Source: Eledone cirrhosa
Taxonomy: Eukaryota
Direction: 5' to 3'
DNA length: 64,000 nt
NCBI GenBank assembly: GCA_964016885.1
Contig: OZ024740.1
Coordinates: 439,022,001-439,086,000 of the forward strand
Shown: in pieces, positions 11,459-25,100 of the stretch
How positions within the stretch are numbered: position 1 is the first letter of the stretch
Layout: each line of letters opens with the position of its first letter
The notes under the pieces: model-generated
Told to the model about the DNA's origin: nothing
The model's input: the letters and a program-made list of their open reading frames with translations, nothing else
Database searches by the model: none
Made by a program: the position numbers and the translations under genes

Positions 11459-14400
11459 GGGAAGAAGACGCACGAGGTGGCGGAGGTCATGAAATCGCTC
11501 CCGTAAGTTTTGAATTTTGTGAAATAACAACTCTTAGTACAAATGCTACGTAAAGCACCCGGCTGGAGCCCCAAAAAATTCGGACCCAAAATGTATTGTT
11601 ATAAGGCTCAAATATTCAAATATTCAACTTTGTATTGTACACTGTATATCCAAAAAAGAAAATGGCTATAAATGGAAGAATAACCCCCCCCCTCCTCTCC
11701 TCTGTCTACACTATATAGAACAGCCAAACTCACCAACACCAGAAACTAGATACACCACCCACCCCATCACCTGTATACACTAAACACAACAGCCAGATAA
11801 CGGCATTTTCACCACCACCGCTCACTACGGCCACCATTACCACCATTATCCCATCACCGCCGCCACCACCCCTTCACTCCTTCACTGCTACCACCGCTAC
11901 AACACCATCACTACAGTAATACGGTCACATCCCCGCCACCACTGCCTCGGTATCGACATCACCACCACCACTGTCTCAGTATCGCTACCGCCGCCAGTCT
12001 CCCACTTCTTCCAGATGGCTGCTGCCACCACATTATAGAATCCCTAGTGCTAAAAAAGAGGAAGGCATCAAAATATATAGATAGACTCAAAATAAAAAAG
12101 AAAAAACAAACAACAAAACCAAAGCAGCACAGCAACAACAGCAAAAAACGAGAAAAACAAACAGAGAAAAACCAAAAAAAAACCAAAAAAAAAAAAACCC
12201 CCAAAACGTAAAGAAAATAAGAATGAAGAGAGAAGCAGGCGGACGGACAGAGAAGAGGGGGGGGGGAACTAAAACTTAAAAAACAAAAACTAAGTCAGAC
12301 ATTCGAACACTACATTACAATGAAACTTATGCTTATTCATTTTTGGGGCCCTTTCTGCCTGTGTGTTTGTTTGTTTATGTGTGTTCGTATACAGCGTGGT
12401 GATAATGCCACACAAGGGCCAAGTGGAATGGCGGATCCACAGATGGATATGTAACCATACATTCGCCAATCCTCGATAAGAGTGTTTAAATATCGAACAT
12501 AAACAGTTCGAATAACGGTGAAATGGAGACTAGAACGTCATGTGACAGACTCTCACCCAACAGGTGCCCCCTGGCTCAGCAGCAGGAACCTGACTGTCAA
12601 CCAAATACTGCTGATGTTGGAGGAAGGAGAAGAAGGAAAGGGGCCAGAACCAACTGGACGAAAGAATTGAATAGAACTGTTATGCAATGTTACCTGAAAA
12701 GTAACCCCAAGGAGAGGGGCTACAGGAGACGGATGCATAACATCTGGAACGAGATTGGTTTATTTAAATTAGATGAACAAAAATTGGCCGGGCAGGCTCG
12801 GGTAATAAGAACTAATGGGTGGATAAGCGAGCTGGAACTGGAGGAACTGAACAGAGAGAATGGCTTGGAGATGGCGGGTGTAGTATGCCAGACAAGCGAG
12901 CCAGTGGGAAATGAAGGTGAAGAGGTCCTAAGAACGGAGGAACCACCCGAAGCAGACAATGATCTGAATACTGAGACAAATAATACCTGGAACAGAGATA
13001 CGGCCACTGAGGAGATGAATGCTGACGGGCTAGGACAAGATTCGGTTGACATCCTAAATTTAGTGGTAGATGAATTGAACAATGATAGTGGGAGACCTAT
13101 GAACCTAAGATTTGTAGACAGGAAAAAGTTAAAAGAAACAACAGCTAAGGTAAACAAAGTCATCCCATACCTTGAGGCGAGGAGCCTTCACCAGTGCAAC
13201 AATATCCTCAAAGCAACAGCAAATACGGTGAGGAAACTACTTGGTATAAAAGCGAGAGGAAACAACAGACAAGAAAGAGCAGAGCCGTGGTGGAAGACGC
13301 GACTGAGTGGGCAAATCGGGGAAATGAGAAATGACATAGGAAAGCTTGAGTCACTACTGAATGGGACACTAAAAAACATAGGCACTAAAAATAGACTGGA
13401 AATAAAATACAAAACTAGGAGTAAAAAGCTAAATATTATCATAGAGGAAATGAAGCAACTCATTGTAGCAAAGAGTGCAAAAATCAGGCGATACGAGAAC
13501 AGAGTCAGTCAGTATAAACAGAACCGCATGTTCGACAACAACCAGAAGATGCTGTTTGGACAGCTTGAGGGGAAAGAAAGAGGCAACGACTTGATCCCTG
13601 GGGCGGAGCAAACTAAAACTTTCTGGAGAGGAATATGGGAGCAGGATGTTAGACATAATGTCCAGGCAGGGTGGATTGAGACAGTACAGAGGGAGATCGG
13701 TGAGCAGGCACAACAACAAACTGATTTGAGTATCACAGTTGAAACTCTTAAGGGGCAGGCCAAAAAACTAACCAACTGGAAATCACCAGGCCCAGATGGT
13801 GTGCAGGGGTATTGGATTAAACATTTAACATCCCTCCACCCGAAGCTGACGGCCATGTTCAATGACTGCTTGGTGTCGGGTGAGGTGCCAGAGTGGTTGA
13901 CAAAAGGTACCACAGTTCTGATAATGAAAGACCGAATCAAGGGTAATGATGTTACCAACTATAGACCTATCACATGTCTGTCCGTAATGTGGAAACTGTT
14001 GACGAGCATTGTGTCTGAGGAAATCTACCATCACCTCCACACAAACAACTTGTTACCGGACGAACAGAAAGGATGCCGAAAGAAGTCACGTGGTACAAAG
14101 GACCAGTTACTTATTGATAAGATGGTAATGGGGAATTGCAGGAGGAGACACACTGACCTTGCCATGGGATGGATAGACTACAGAAAGGCATTTGACATGG
14201 TGCCTCATTCTTGGATCACCAAAAGCCTGGAGATCTTCAGGGTGGCAGATAACATCAGACAGTTGCTAGGCAGGAGTATGGGGTCCTGGGAGACAGAGTT
14301 GACATCAACTGGAGTCTCCTTGGGAAGCGTGAAGATCAAGAGAGGTATCTTCCAGGGAGATAGCCTGTCCCCTCTGTTGTTTGTCCTTGCCCTGATGCCC

Positions 14401-15878
14401 TTGACCATTATGCTGCGAAAAGTGAGAGCAGGATACAAGTTGGGAAGGGGAGAGCTTACCATCAATCACCTCCTCTTCATGGACGATCTTAAGCTCTTCG
14501 GGAAAAGTGAGAAGGAGTTGGATGTGCTTGTTGACACTGTCCGTATTTTCAGCAGTGATATATGTATGCAGTTTGGTATTGGTAAATGTGGAGTCATTGT
14601 GATGAGGAGAGGTAGGTTGAGCAGAAGTAACGGGATCCAGATACCAACAGGTGAGATGATAAAGGAAATTGACTCTGAGGAAGGATACAAGTATTTGGGC
14701 GTTCTGGAGGCTGATGGCATAAAGAACAAAAAAATGAAGGAATTGTTAAGAACTGAATACATTCGGAGAGTAAGGAGCGTATTGAAGTCACATCTGAACA
14801 GCAGAAATGCCATAAGCGCAGTAAATTCCCGAGCTGTGTCTATTATTAGGTGCAGTGCGGGAATTCTGAGATGGAATGTTGCTGAACAAAAAGAAATGGA
14901 TAGGAAGACTAGGAAGCTATTGACTATCTACAACATGTTCCACAAGAGGAGTGATGTCGATAGACTCTACCTAAGGAGATCTGAGGGTGGAAGGGGTCTT
15001 ATCAGCATAGAGGACTGTGTTCAGATGGAGAAAAGCAACCTTCATGAAAAATCCCTTCATAGTACCTTCTTTGAGAAAATTGAATTTAGTGATCCACAGA
15101 CATGGAACTGATTAAAAAGAGGAGACCTTAAAAAGACTACAGAAGGAATGATAATGGCTGCGCAAGAGCAGGCACTCAAAACGAAGTGGGTGAAACACCA
15201 TATTTACAAGGAGCAGGCTAGCCCACTGTGTAGGATCTGTGGAGAGAGAGGAGACTGTGGCTCATATTGTATCCGAGTGTAAAAGCCTAGCCCAGGCTCA
15301 CTATAAAGGCTTGAGACATGATGTGATGGGCAGGGTGATCCACTGGCACCTATGCAAAGTAAACAATTTACCACATTCTGAGAAGTGGTGTGAGCATAAG
15401 CCAGAGGCGGTGATAGAAAACGATAAGGTGAAGGTGCTATGGGATTTTAGGATACAGACGGATAAGAAACTGGAACACAATAGGCCTGACCTGGTGGTTT
15501 TGGACAACAAGGAAAAAAGATCGTGCCTGATTGTAGATGTAGCCTGCCCATTTGACACGAGAGTGCAAGAAAAGGAGAGGGAGAAAATTAACTCATACCA
15601 GGACTTAAAGTGGGAGGTACAAAGGATTTGGAACTGCTATGAAGTCAAGTGGTCCCGATTGTCATAGGCGCACTAGGTACTATTTCAAAGAGTCTCTAAG
15701 GATGGTTAAAGAAAATTAGTCCAGCCCCTCTTTTTGGAACACTTCGAAAGGCATGCTTGCTGGGAACAGCAAGAACCCTCCGATATGTCCTGAATATCTG
15801 AGGCTGCAGGTAGCGGCTTGATATTCATTTCAACAAACTTTCCAGTTAAATAACATCAATGACTGAGACTCCAAGAAC

Positions 15879-15905
<27 letters not shown>
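11459..15905 (+). mobile_element. Family A copy A3, full-length leader; ORF 12523-15800 disrupted (in-frame ~114 bp deletion near 15030, stop at 15109-15111, later frameshifts)
   Basis: The 862 aa ORF is almost identical to A1 up to ~15030; a more diverged C-terminus, 3' UTR and (AAT)n follow. Confidence 0.93.
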
Positions 15906-15909
<4 letters not shown>

Positions 15910-16155
15910 TCTTTATTAACCACAAGGGTTTACATAAAGTAGACATTAAGGACAGTGCAGGACAATGCAGGACGGTACAAATGGGAATTTCTGCGTGTAA
16001 AAAACAAAAACAGAGGATATAACAAAAAATAACAATGAAAAATTCCCTAATAGGGGGGAGACTTCGGAGGGACATTTGTGGAGAAAGCCCAGTAAAAAGC
16101 CACAATGACCCTGACCACCAAGGCAAGTGCCCTCTCCCAGTTTTCCACCTTTAAT

Positions 16156-19100
16156 TTACAGATATATGCTCAGAGTAGGCCCATTCACTCGGGCCATTCT
16201 TGCTTCTCTCACCCATCTTTCAACAAAATGCTGGGAAGAGAGCACTTCCCTCTCTACTCTGATTTTCCTTTTCAAATGAAATTTGAAAAAGTCAATCAGA
16301 GCATCACCGAAGAGGTAAGTGCTCGTCTTCAGCCCTTTCAAACGTGTCCACCATACTATCTCTTTCGCCATGGCCACCAGACAGATAAAAACTGCCTGCC
16401 CTTCCAGGCTAAAGGAGGAGGGCGGGGCAATCCTCACGATGGAGTCAGATGATAGCCGGATCCGTCCTAAACGCGACAGCAGGTGTTCGACATAAACCCA
16501 CAAGTCAGCAATTTTCGGACACTGGACGAGTGCGTGCAGGACGGTTTCGTCGCCCTGCGCGCATCTCGGACATGCCCGGCTAACGGCACCTCCATGCCTG
16601 TAGAGTTTATCCCGAACTGGCAAGGCTCCTCGGTAGCACTGCCAGGCCAGAGATTTCTGGAAGTTGTCCATAGGCCCTGGCCCGAAAGTTCTTCCGAAGA
16701 GATTGGCTAGTTGATTTTCGTCGAGTAGAACGCCGAGGTGGAGTTTCCACCGATCACATTGCCCGATTGGTCGAGGTCTGTGAGCGCCTGAAGACATTCC
16801 AGTCTCCAGGCGCTCCCTCTCGGTCTTCGCTTGACCCAGGACTGCAGCTCCGTCAAGGAAACGAGCTGGGGAAATACGTGTCGAGCAAACTGCGACCACA
16901 CCTGAACACCGTCGAGGAAGAGGTGGAGATGTCGTAGCCTGAGCGCGTGCCTGCGCATCATCAGCCACGGCATGCCCAGCCCTCCACGTAGCGGGTGTTG
17001 ACAACAGATGGACCGCCTGACCATCGGAGCACGTCCCTTCCACAAAAAGCGAAAGATCAAACGCTCCAGCGCAGTCAGGCGAGGCTTAGGACAAGGTACG
17101 ACGGTCAGGCGGTAGCAGATGACAGACGCGATGTACGCGTTAGCCACCTCCGCTCGACCTTTCAGGGATAGCTTCCTCTCCGCCCATTTCTGGGTGAGAG
17201 AAGCCACCCTGCTCGTCACCTCGTCCCAGTTTTTCTCCGTCTGGAGGTCCGGACCGAACCAGACCCCTAGCAATTTAACCGGTCCGTCCGTCCAGCGTCC
17301 GACGACGCTGTTGGACGGCATGGACCTGCCTCTCCAGGTGCCGAGCTGCAGGCCCACTGACTTTTCCTGGTTGATCATTGCTCCTGTCACCGCTTCGTAT
17401 TCTCTTAGTGTAGTGCCGATCGCCTCGATGTGTTTGGCGTTCGACACCACTACGGTGACATCGTCCGCATATGCTCACACGGATCTTCCGCATTCTAGTT
17501 CGCGCGGGACTCCCCTCAACGTCTCCAGTTTGTGCAGTAATGGCTCGAGAGTCAATACGTACAGGAGGGACGAGAGGGGACATCCTTGGCGGACCGAGCG
17601 CATGATGTTGAACGGTTCCGACAGGTGACCGTTCACTCTCACCGCAGAGCAGATGTCGCTGTGCATGGCAGCGATCCAGCCTCTGAAGACGGGCCCAAAG
17701 CCAGCCTCCCTCAGGACTGCCGCTAGGTAACGATGGTCGACCCTATCGAAAGTTTTCGACTGATCTAAATTGATCAAGGACCCACCCGTGCCAGGTTCCT
17801 TAGCTACCCTCTCTATGATGTATCGCATGAGGTGGAGGTTGTCGTGGATGGATCTGTCGGGAATGGCGCATGTCTGCGCCTCTCCCACCAGACCACCAAC
17901 GACAAGCGCCAACCTCTTTGCTAGCACCTTGGCCAAAATCTTGAACTCTGTGTTTAGCAGAGTTATGGACCGGAAATTATCTATGTTATCCCCCTTGTTC
18001 GGATCCTTTCTCAGCAGTGCCACCGCTCCTCGGCTCACAGAACTGGGAATTCTACCGTTCTGTTGCCAGTTGCAGTAGACGTCCGCCAAGAGGCCTCCGA
18101 ACAAGTCTGGCATCTGTACGTAAAGTTCATAGGGCAGACCATCCAAACCAGGCGATTTACCCCTTGTGCAGCCAGTCATTGCCTCCCTTACTTCAGCGGT
18201 TGTTATCGGCTTTTCGCAACACCTCGCCTCAGTGGCCGAGAGCCGCGGCAGTCCGTCGAGGTAGACACTAAAGTCCATACCTCTACCCGGCCCACCGCTG
18301 CCCCCGAACAGCTGAGCGAAGTGTCGCTGAAAAGCTTCACACATTTGCCCGGGATCGAGTAGCATGCGCCCGTCGTGGTCCACCAAAGACCGGATCGTGG
18401 CTTTGTTGCCACGACGCGCCTCCGCCACTCGGCCCCATTGAACGGTTTTCGTCCCCTCGTGTCTGAGAGCACGCACCCTTTCTCTGACAACGCAGCCTTC
18501 GTGCTTTGCATTGAAGAATTGGTCAAGGGCCAATTTCGCCGCAAGCACGTCGGTCGCAATGCCTTTGCTAAGCGCCTCGTCTAATTTTCTAACTAGTTCT
18601 CCCTCTGCTCTATTTTTCTCTATTGCTAAAGCCTTACTAAACCTAATCGATTCTATTCTAATCGCTCTCTTCAGAGCAAACCACCACTTGTTGTTGACGA
18701 TGGCCCCCGTCAACGCCCGCTTAGCTAGTTCGCTAATCCGGTCTCTGTAGGCCTTGGCGCTGGTAAGGACGCGTTTAGCTTCCAGTAGCCGGGTCCTCGT
18801 CTATGAAGCCTATCTAAGTCAAGCACACAGATCACGAATTTGTGGTCCGTGTAGCTGACTATCTTGAATTGTGGACAGCCTATGCTAGACCTATCTATTT
18901 CCCTACAAAATACTCTATCGAGATATGATCTGGATGACCCTATGCGATTTGTCCAAGTCCACATTGGCACATTCGGGAAATCCAATCGGTACCTGTCAGA
19001 CAGTTCAAAACGCCTGAGCAGGTTGGTGAGGCTCTTGCACCCTCCACCCCTATCCGCTAATCCCACACAGTCCCAGCGTGCATCTAAGATCCCGTTCCAG

Positions 19101-19522
19101 TCGCCCACTAACACTAAAGAGCGGGACGTTCCAAGAAAGGTCTCCAGACGCCGGAAGAAATCAGGCCGCCCGGCTCCTGTCGGGGCATAGACGGCCACTA
19201 GCCTGAAAGCTTGCCCTTCTCCGCTGGTCACGTCCAGCACCACCAGCTTACCCTCTGGGTCCAGGAAGATGGCCCGTATGGCGAGATCCAAACCTCTCCG
19301 AAAAAGCACAGCAGCTCCTCCACCCGATCCAGGACGGCTGGGAGATGCGTACACATCGTAGCCGCCGAAGATCGGTGCGAAGGCCCGTGCTTCGGAGATT
19401 CTGGTCTCGCTGATGGCCACTACATCTATGTTTAGTGACCTGAGGTCGTTGAGCAGGTGACCCTGCTTCCATGACGACCCCAAGCCACGCGCATTTATGC
19501 TGCCTATTCTGAGTGAGGTCAT
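16156..19522 (-). pseudogene. T1 ORF2: AP-endonuclease + RT + C-terminal Cys/His motif, frameshifted, with a ~55 bp deletion near 16725
   Basis: SINARGL, ISET, VYAP, GDWN, SYLDRVF, YTDH, YWKLN (APE); KSPGLDGLP, ITLLNTEFKILAK, LDQSK.FDRV, VRQGCPLS, LLGV (RT); CPRC..ETVLHALVQC. Confidence 0.92.
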
Positions 19523-19557
19523 GTTTAAAATAGAGTGGAAAAGATGGGAAAGACCAC

Positions 19558-21645
19558 TTACCGTACTTTTGGTAGAGGAGGGATGGTTTTTACATCCCTT
19601 TTCACTTGATCGTCTGGTGAAGGGACCGTTGAATCGTCCCTTCGGCTGGTCGTCGGCTCTTCTAACAGAATGCCTGAATATACTCTTCGATTGATGGTTC
19701 CTCCTAGGTCCCTGAAATCACCAACTGCGTTGGGGAATTTCGTTTTAATGTTTGTGTATTGTTTCTGTGCTATTTTTAGCAGTCTTATGTTAGTTGGCGT
19801 TTTGATTGGTGCTGGTATTATGTAGTCCTGTTGTGAAATGTCTGTGTGTTCAATTATGTAAGTCATTAGTTTCTTGTTGTTTGTATTTATTGCCGTGCAT
19901 TTGTTTTTCTGGGGGTGAGGTGTGGTTCTGCTATTTTCTTGTCGTTGTTGCTGGGTGTGTGTGTTTTGTTGTTGTGTTTGCGATGTTGGTGCTTGTAGTG
20001 GTGGTGTTGAAGGTGTTGTTGGCGGTGGGGTTGTCGCCGGTTGTGATGGTGGTGCTAGTGTGGGTGGTGATGGTGTTGGTGGTGTTGCTGCTGTGGGTCT
20101 CTTTGCAGTAGACTTTACCCTTTTCTCATTTCTTTCCTCCCTTTTCAAAGGCGACGATGCGCTGCTTCTGCGTTTGTGCCTTCTTACGACCTTTTGCCAT
20201 CCCTCTCCCACCTCACACTCCATGTCTGATTCTGTGAGGTCGGGGAGGGGTACCAGCTCCACTCTTTCACGTGTTGTTGTTGGTGATGTTTGCACTGGAG
20301 TCTCTGTTGCAGCTGCATTTGGTATTGCTGTTGTTGTTGTTAATATTTCCACTGCTGCTGCTGTTTTTGATTTCCGTGGCGTGGGTATGGGTGCCACGGA
20401 CCTATCGTTCCTGGTTGCCGCTTGTCCTGTTGCTGGTAGCCGTGGAGCCGGATTCGGAAGGAGGGGGGTTTTCTCCTTTCTCGGAGTCTTCTCGTTGCAG
20501 AAGGCCCTGAGGTGTGTCTTCGATCCACAGCGAAAGCATTTCGGGCGTTTGCCCTCAACACTTATGGGCAGTTGAGTGCCGTTATCGAAGTCTATCACAT
20601 CCGGAAGAGCTTCGATACACTCCTGGTTGGTTTGGATTAGCATCTCAATGGAGGTGCCGACCCAATCTTCTCTTACTTTTTTCTGTACTTGCAGTACAGT
20701 TGTTTTGTCCTCGATTCCGACGAGGACAGACGCGGCCAGCCAAGAAGGGGCCATTCCGGGGGGGACGTGGGTCAGTTTGACCCTCACAATTTTTTGCCCG
20801 CAGTAGGAGGGCACCAACACCATTTCCTCGCTCCTTAGGGTCACTACGGATTGGGCCTTTGCCTCCTGGGGTGTGGCAAAAAGTACGTCTACGGTGGCAT
20901 ATGTTTTGCCTCGGGTGATGTGCGTTTTCCGCTACCACACAGACCCCAAGGCTTTTTGTATTTGGGCCTCTGTGGCTCTTTCCACCCTACTGGATTTTGT
21001 ACTTACTGTACGGTACGTGACCGTACAGTGCTCTTGGGTTTCGAAAAATTTTTCCGCTGCCTTGCAGATTGCTCGGTGTCCATTCTTTGTCACCATCTTC
21101 TTCGCTTCCTCTAACTCCTCATTTGTTATGAGGATTGTTTCCAAGTTTTTCGCAATACCTGCAAATGAGATTGGTTTTTCTTTGCTGCTGTTGTTGTCGT
21201 CAGAGCTTTTGTTGTTGCTGCAGGTACTACGACTACTGCCTTCGCCGCTGTTGCTGTGGTTGTTGTTGGTGTTGCTGCTGCTAATGCTGTTGTTGTTTAT
21301 GCTCCTGGTGATGCTGTTGCGGCTGCTACTGTTGTTTTCATTGTCACTGTTGCTGTTGTTATTACGGCTGCTACTGCTATTATTCCTGACGTCAGACGAA
21401 TGAACTGGGTTTTCGTATTTCCCGCACACCTGTTTTGTCGCTGTCGTCGTCGTCGTGGAGAAACCTTGCACGCTTTGCACGAGACTTTTCTTTTCTTTCG
21501 TCGCTTGCGAAAGAGAAGGGAGGGAGAGGGACACATTTAAAGAAGGGAGGGAGAGAGACAATCTTCTCTCTGCTGTAGTGATGATTGAGGAAGAAGAAGA
21601 CGGAATGAATGGGAGTGACCTATGCAAATTCTTTTTCGTAGCCAT
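19558..21645 (-). pseudogene. T1 ORF1: gag-like nucleic-acid-binding protein with CCHC knuckle, frameshift near 20935
   Basis: CFRCGSKTHLRAFC; SFAGIAK motif; Pro/Thr-rich linker; lies directly upstream of ORF2. Confidence 0.85.
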
Positions 21646-22125
21646 GTTGACTTTTTTGTTAAAATAAATATTGGGTACAAAACCCCAATAAGCAGTTATT
21701 TAACCCCGAAGGGCCAAATAACGGGCAGAAAGAGCCCTCTCACGAGGAAGAGGGTGTTTGTGTCTACAAGTTAGTCTAAGTTTTAAACAATTTACAATTG
21801 TTAAAGCGTTCAAAATTTACAGTACCTTACAGAGCCGAGCCTCCGTCAACCATAGCATTCAATAATAATAATAATAATAATGTTTTCTTTATTAACCACA
21901 AGGGTTTACATAAAGTAGACATTAAGGACAGTACAGGACAATACAGGACGGTACAAATGGGCATTTCTGCGTGTAAAAAAAACAGAGGGTGAAATAAAAT
22001 AACAAAGAAAAATTCCCCAATAGGGGGGAGACTTCCGAGGGACATTTGTGGAGAAAGCCCATTAAAAGACCACAGTGGCCCTGACCACCAGGGCAAGTGC
22101 CCTCTCCCAGTTTTCCACCTTTAAT

Positions 22126-25100
22126 TTACAGACACATACTCAGAGAAGGCCCATTCATTCGGGCCATACTTGCTTCTCTCACCCATCTTTCAACAAAATG
22201 TTGGGAAGAGAGCACTTCCCTCTCTACCCTGATTTTCCTTTTCAGATGAAATTTGAAAAAGTTAATCAGGGCATCACCGAAGAGGTAAGTGCTCGTCTTC
22301 AGCCCTTTCAAACGTGTCCACCATACTATCTCTTTCGCCATGGCCACCAGACAGATAAAAACTGCCTGCCCTTCCGGGCTAAAGGAGGAGGGCGGGGCAA
22401 TCCTCACGATGGACTCAGCTGATAGCTGGATCCGTCCTACACGTGACAGCAGGTGTTCGACATAAACCCACAAGTCAGCAATGCTCGGACACTGGACGAG
22501 TGCGTGCAGGACGGTTTCGTCGCCCTGTGCGCATTTCGGACATGCCCGGCTGACGGCACCTCCATGCCTGTAAAGTTTATCCCGAATTGGCAAAGCACCC
22601 CGATAGCACTGCCAGGCCAGGGATTTCTGGAAGTTGTCCATAGGCCCCGGCCCGAAAGTCCTTCCGAAGAGATTGGCTAGTTGATTTTCGTCGACGCCTA
22701 GAGTTTCTCTAAGTACGTCGTCGCTCTTCCCCTCCACTAATCCCCTATAGAACGCCAAGGTGGAGTTTCCACCGATCACATTGCCCGATTGGTCGAGGGC
22801 TGTGAGCGCCTGAAGACATTCCAGTCTCCAAGCGCTCCCTCTCGGTCTTCGCTTGACCCAGGACTGCAGCTCCGTCAAGGAGACGAGCTGGGGAAAAACG
22901 TGTCCAGCAAACGGCGACCACACCTGATCACCGTCGAGGAAGAGGTGGAGATGTCGTAGCCTGAGCGCGTGTCTGCGCATCATTAGCCACGGCATGCCCA
23001 GCCCTCCACGTAGCGGGTGTTGACAGCAGATGGACCGCCTGACCATCGGAGCGCGTCCCTTCCACAAGAAGCGAAAGAGCAAACGCTCCAGCGCAGACAG
23101 GCGGGGCTTAGGACAAGGTACGACGGTCAGGCGGTAGTAGATGACGGACGCGATGTACGCGTTAGCCACCTCCGCTCGACCTTTCAGGGATAGCTTCCTC
23201 TCGGCCCATTTCTGGGTGAGAGAAGGCACCCTGCTCGTCACCTCGTCCCAGTTTTTCTCCGTCTGGAGGTCTGGACCGAACCAGACCCCTAGCAATTTAA
23301 CCGGTCCGTCCGTCCAGCGCCCGACGACGCTGTTGGACGCCATGGACCTGCCTCTCCAGGTGCCGAGCTGCAGGCCCACTGACTTTTCCTGGTTGATCAT
23401 TGCTCCTGTCACCGCTTCGTATTCTCTTAGTGTAGTGCCGATCGCCTCGATGTGTTTGGCGTTCGACACCACTACGGTGACATCGTCGGCATATGCTGAC
23501 ACGGATCTTCCGCATCCTAGTTCGCGCGGGATCCCCCTCAACGTTTCCAGTTTGTGCAGTAATGGCTCGAGAGTCAATACGTACAATAGGGACAAGAGGG
23601 GACATCCTTGGCGGACCGAGCGCATGATGTTGAACGGTTCCGAAAGGTGACCGTTCACTCTCACTAAAGAGCAGATGTTTCTGTGCATGGCAGCGATCCA
23701 GCCTCTGAAGAAGGGCCCAAAGCCAGCCGCCCCCAGGACTGCCTCTAGGTAACGATGGTCGACCCTATCGAAGGCTTTCGACTGATCTAAATTGATCAAA
23801 GACCCACCCGTGCCAGGTTCCCTAGCTACCCTCTCTACGATGTATCGCATGAGGTGGAGGTTGTCGTGGATGGATCTGTCGGGAATGGCGCATGTCTGTG
23901 CCTCTCCCACCAGACCACCAACGACAAGCGCCAACCTCTTTGCTAGCACCTTGGCCAAAATCTTGAACTCTGTGTTTAGCAGAGTTATGGGCCTAAAATT
24001 ATCTATGTTATCCCCCTTGTTCGGATCCTTTCTCAGCAGCGCCACCGCTCCTCGGCTCACAGAGCTGGGAATTCTCCCGTTCTGTTGCCAGTTGCAGTAG
24101 ACGTCCGCCAAGAGGCCTCCGAACAAGTTTGGCATTTGTACGTAAAGTTCATAGGGCAGACCATCCAAACCAGGCGATTTACCCCTTGTGCAACTAGTCA
24201 TTGCATCCCGTACTTCAGCGGTTGTTATCGGCTTTTCGCAACACCTCGCCTCAGTGGCCGAAAGCCGCGGCAGTCCGTCGAGGTAGACACTAAAGTTCAT
24301 CCCTCGATCCGGCCCGCCACTGCCCCCGAACAGTTGAGCGAAGTGTCGCTGAAAAGCTTCACACATTTGCCCGGGATCGAGTAGCATGCGCCCGTCGTGG
24401 TCCACCTAAGACCGGATCGTGGCTTTGTTGCCACGACGCGCCTCCGCCACTCGGGCCCATTGAATGGCTTTCGTCCCCTCGTGTCTGAGAGCACGCACCC
24501 TAGCTCTGACAACGCAGCCTTCGTGCTTTGCATTGAAGAATTGGTCAAGGGCCAATTTCGCCGCAAGTACGTCGGTCGCGAAGCCTTTGCTAAGCGCCTC
24601 ACCTAATTTTCTAACTAGTTCTCCCTCTGCTCTATTTTTCTCTATTGCTAAAGTCTTACTAAACCTAATGGACTCTATTCTAATTGCTCTTTTCAGAGCA
24701 AACCACCACTTGTTATTGACGATGGCAACCGTCAACGCCCGCTTAACTAGTTCGCTAATCCGGTCTCTGTAGGCCTTGCGCGCTGGTAAGGACGCGTTTA
24801 GCTTCCAGTAGCCGGGTCCTCGCCTATGAAGCCTATCTAAGTCAAGCACACAGATCACGAATTTGTGGTCCGTGTAGCTGACTATCTTGAATTGTAGACA
24901 GCCTATGCTAGACCTATCTATTTCCCTACAAAATACTCTATCTAGATATGATCTGGATGACCTATGCGATTTGTCCAAGTCCACATTGGTACATTCGGGA
25001 AATCCATTCGGTACCTGTCAGACAGTTCAAAACGTCTGAGAAGGTTGGTGAGACTCTTGCACCCTCCTTCCCTATCCACTAATCCCACACAATCCCAGCG

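Larger units (their letters stand above)
15906..21860 (-). mobile_element. Tx1/L1-clade non-LTR retrotransposon, copy T1 (full length, disrupted ORFs)
   Basis: Two-ORF layout; minus-strand 3' end AATAAA + (ATT)n; (AAT)n tracts on both flanks. Confidence 0.9.
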
